Below, in pieces: positions 60,829 to 64,000 of a DNA stretch of 64,000 bases; within the stretch, counting starts at the first letter, position 1; the number at the start of each line of letters is the position of its first letter. A program made the position numbers and the translations under genes. Where the stretch lies: NCBI RefSeq assembly GCF_009914755.1, contig NC_060936.1; one strand, given 5' to 3'. Source of the DNA: the human T2T-CHM13v2.0 reference genome, Homo sapiens. The notes under the pieces were generated by a model. The model saw nothing but the letters and a program-made list of their open reading frames with translations. It made no database searches and was not told the origin of the DNA.

Positions 60829-60991
60829 TTTTTTTTTTAATTATTATTATACTTTAAGTTTTAGGGTACATGTGCACAATGTGCAGGTTAGTTACATATG
60901 TATACATGTGCCATGCTGGTGTGCTGCACCCATTAACTCGTCATTTAGCATTAGGTATATCTCCTAATGCTATCCCTCCCCCCTCCCCCCA
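60829..60991 (-). mobile_element. Heavily 5'-truncated young L1PA 3' end (about 160 bp)
   Basis: L1PA 3' UTR terminus (TATACTTTAAGTTTTAGGGTACATGTGCACAATGTGCAGG). TSD ACCTAATTRTAGTCTTTT at 60815-60832 and 60991-61008. Confidence 0.92.
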
Positions 60992-61031
60992 CCTAATTGT
61001 AGTCTTTTTGGAGATTTAAATATTTCATTGA

Positions 61032-61369
<338 letters not shown>

Positions 61370-61777
61370 AAGATTTATTTTTAAACATGTCACCAACTGT
61401 ATGCTTTAGAGAAGGTTGAAAGTTAAAATTTAAGCTTGCTGTTCAGAAATAGTTGTCCAGTAGATTTTCATCCAGTAGTGACATTGATATTTCTGTTTGA
61501 TGGGGTTGGGGTGATTTTTTTTTTTTTTTTGGTCTGTTCTGAAAATCTGTGCTGTTTCCACATAGCTTATATATAGTTAAAAGTATAAATGGAGTGCTTA
61601 CTATGTGGCAAGGACTGTCCCAGATGCTTTATATTAATTTAATTTTCATAAGAACTCTATGAACTAAGTGCTATTACTGCTATTTTTAGATGAGACAGCT
61701 GATGCACAAAAGGATTATAAATTTCCTGGTTACTTAGCTAGTAAGAGGCAGAGTCGGGATTTGAATCTGTAGATTGG

Positions 61778-62103
<326 letters not shown>

Positions 62104-62707
62104 TAATGCTTTTGTTAGCCATACTGTGTTCTATTTGTCATATGCTCGTATGTAAGATATAGCTTATCTAAGGTAACATTATTGAAGAGTTTTAAGTTTG
62201 TTCACAGTGCTGAGCATATGGTAGATAATACGTATTTGTGCTTGAATGAATTAAGGAATATGATGAGATGATAAAAATATTATAATTCATACAATATAAT
62301 CATTGTTTAATTATTCTTGGCTTTGAGTAATAACATTGTCGTTTGAGTTATCTATAACATTGGCTATTTTGAAGCAATCTAAGACTATAAAATTTGGGAC
62401 AGTGAAATTGCTTAACAATCTATTTATATTCCTAAATTCATTTTTTCTTGCTGGTACTCACTCAAAAAAAAAATCTGTGTGTTTTATTTAGAGTTTTTCC
62501 TTTTTTGGGTTCCTCTGTTGAATTGTTTGTTGATTTGTTTGTGTTAAATGGCATTGTATTATAACAGATAATTCAGTTCTTATAGAAGAAGCCTTAAAGA
62601 ATTTGGACATACTGGTCACAATAGTGAAGTCTGGTATTAAGTTTGGCCCCCGAAACTTTTGAAGTAGTAATGATCTTGAAATTTGCTTTATTTTGTGTCT
62701 TTTTCAG

Positions 62708-62839
62708 AATTCTCCACTTTACCAATACTTACAGGATCTGGGACACACAGACTTTGAAATATGTTCTTCTTTGTCACCAAAAACAGAAAAATGCACAACA
62801 GAGGGACAACAAAAGCCTCCTACAAGAGTCCTACCAAAA
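62708..62839 (+). CDS. VEZT: VEZT coding exon 2, [44 protein letters not shown]
   Basis: Acceptor TGTCTTTTTCAG|AATTCT, donor CCAAAA|GTAAGA. 132 nt, phase 0-0, in frame with exon 1 across a 34-kb intron. Confidence 0.94.
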
Positions 62840-63434
62840 GTAAGAACGCATGCTCATTCTTTCTGGCCGAATCTTTTGCACTTTACCTTACTGGCTATTC
62901 AGATACTTCTTAAGCACTTCCATATCCTCCCTCACACTGGTAAGACTATTTATTTCATCAATAGTACAAAACTTTCTGTTAGATAAACATGAATCCTTAC
63001 TGCTTTGGAATACTTTGTAGGTAATTTATATCCAGTGAGGAAATAATTTGGTAGAGAATTAAAATACATTACTTATTTAAATATTGATGCTATCCAAACA
63101 GAATCGAAAAAAATATACTAAAACTTTAATGAGAGCACAACTAATAGGAATCCTCTACTAACTGGATTTTTCTCTTTAAATCTTTTTTTTAAAAAACAGC
63201 ATGAATGACAAGAACGCAAATTGATATTTCTTAAACACAGTTTCAGGTGTAGATAATGGAGTGAGCATAACTTCTGGTGACTTTTTTATCTATAGAATTA
63301 AATACTTTTATACATTAAATATCTCATAGTCGATGTCCAGCATTGAGGCCGAGATACTAGAAAAATCTCCATTAATTATGTTCTACAAAATGCATTTTCT
63401 GGATTCATTTATGTCCTGCTAGCCATGTTTACTA

Positions 63435-63756
<322 letters not shown>

Positions 63757-64000
63757 CTATTTTTAGATGAGACAGCTGAAGCATAGGAGGATTATAAATT
63801 ATCATAGGTTACTTAGCTTGTAAGAGGTAGAGTTGGGATTAGAACCTGTACTTTACTCCGAGTTTATGTTCTTAACCTCTGTCTACATGTCTAGTATATT
63901 TTAGTTTTAACCAAAGGAATTGTAATTTAATAGAAAAAACATAACCAAATTTCCTCATTCCTTGAGCATTCTAGTTTAATCAGTGTTTTATCACTATTGA

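Overview
Primate (apparently human) genomic DNA spanning the head-to-head FGD6 / VEZT locus. FGD6 (minus strand) contributes coding exon 1 (16 nt, 28020-28035) and a giant 2,425-nt exon 2 (19636-22060). VEZT (plus strand) contributes coding exon 1 (28646-28681) and exon 2 (62708-62839). A CpG-island bidirectional promoter with a ZNF143-type motif and two CCAAT boxes lies between them. The rest is intron, packed with about 55-60 Alu elements or fragments, a near full-length SVA, THE1 and MST solo LTRs, MER1/MER2/MER20/MER58/Charlie DNA transposons and L1/L2/MIR relics. Almost all ORFs in the supplied track are repeat-derived noise. The genes are known and I found no new gene family. The most notable observations are: (1) a multi-jump template-switch insertion inside an Alu at 6370-6727 that leaves a perfect 71-bp hairpin; (2) three upstream AUGs in the FGD6 leader, all in frame with the main ORF, including twin strong-context AUG-GAY-UGA mini-uORFs; (3) a strong-context uORF overlapping the VEZT start codon; (4) inverted Alus bracketing FGD6 exon 2, which predict a circRNA with a 783-codon junction-spanning ORF; (5) an apparently duplicated MIR relic flanking VEZT exon 2. 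Repeat subfamily calls and boundaries were made by eye and are approximate.
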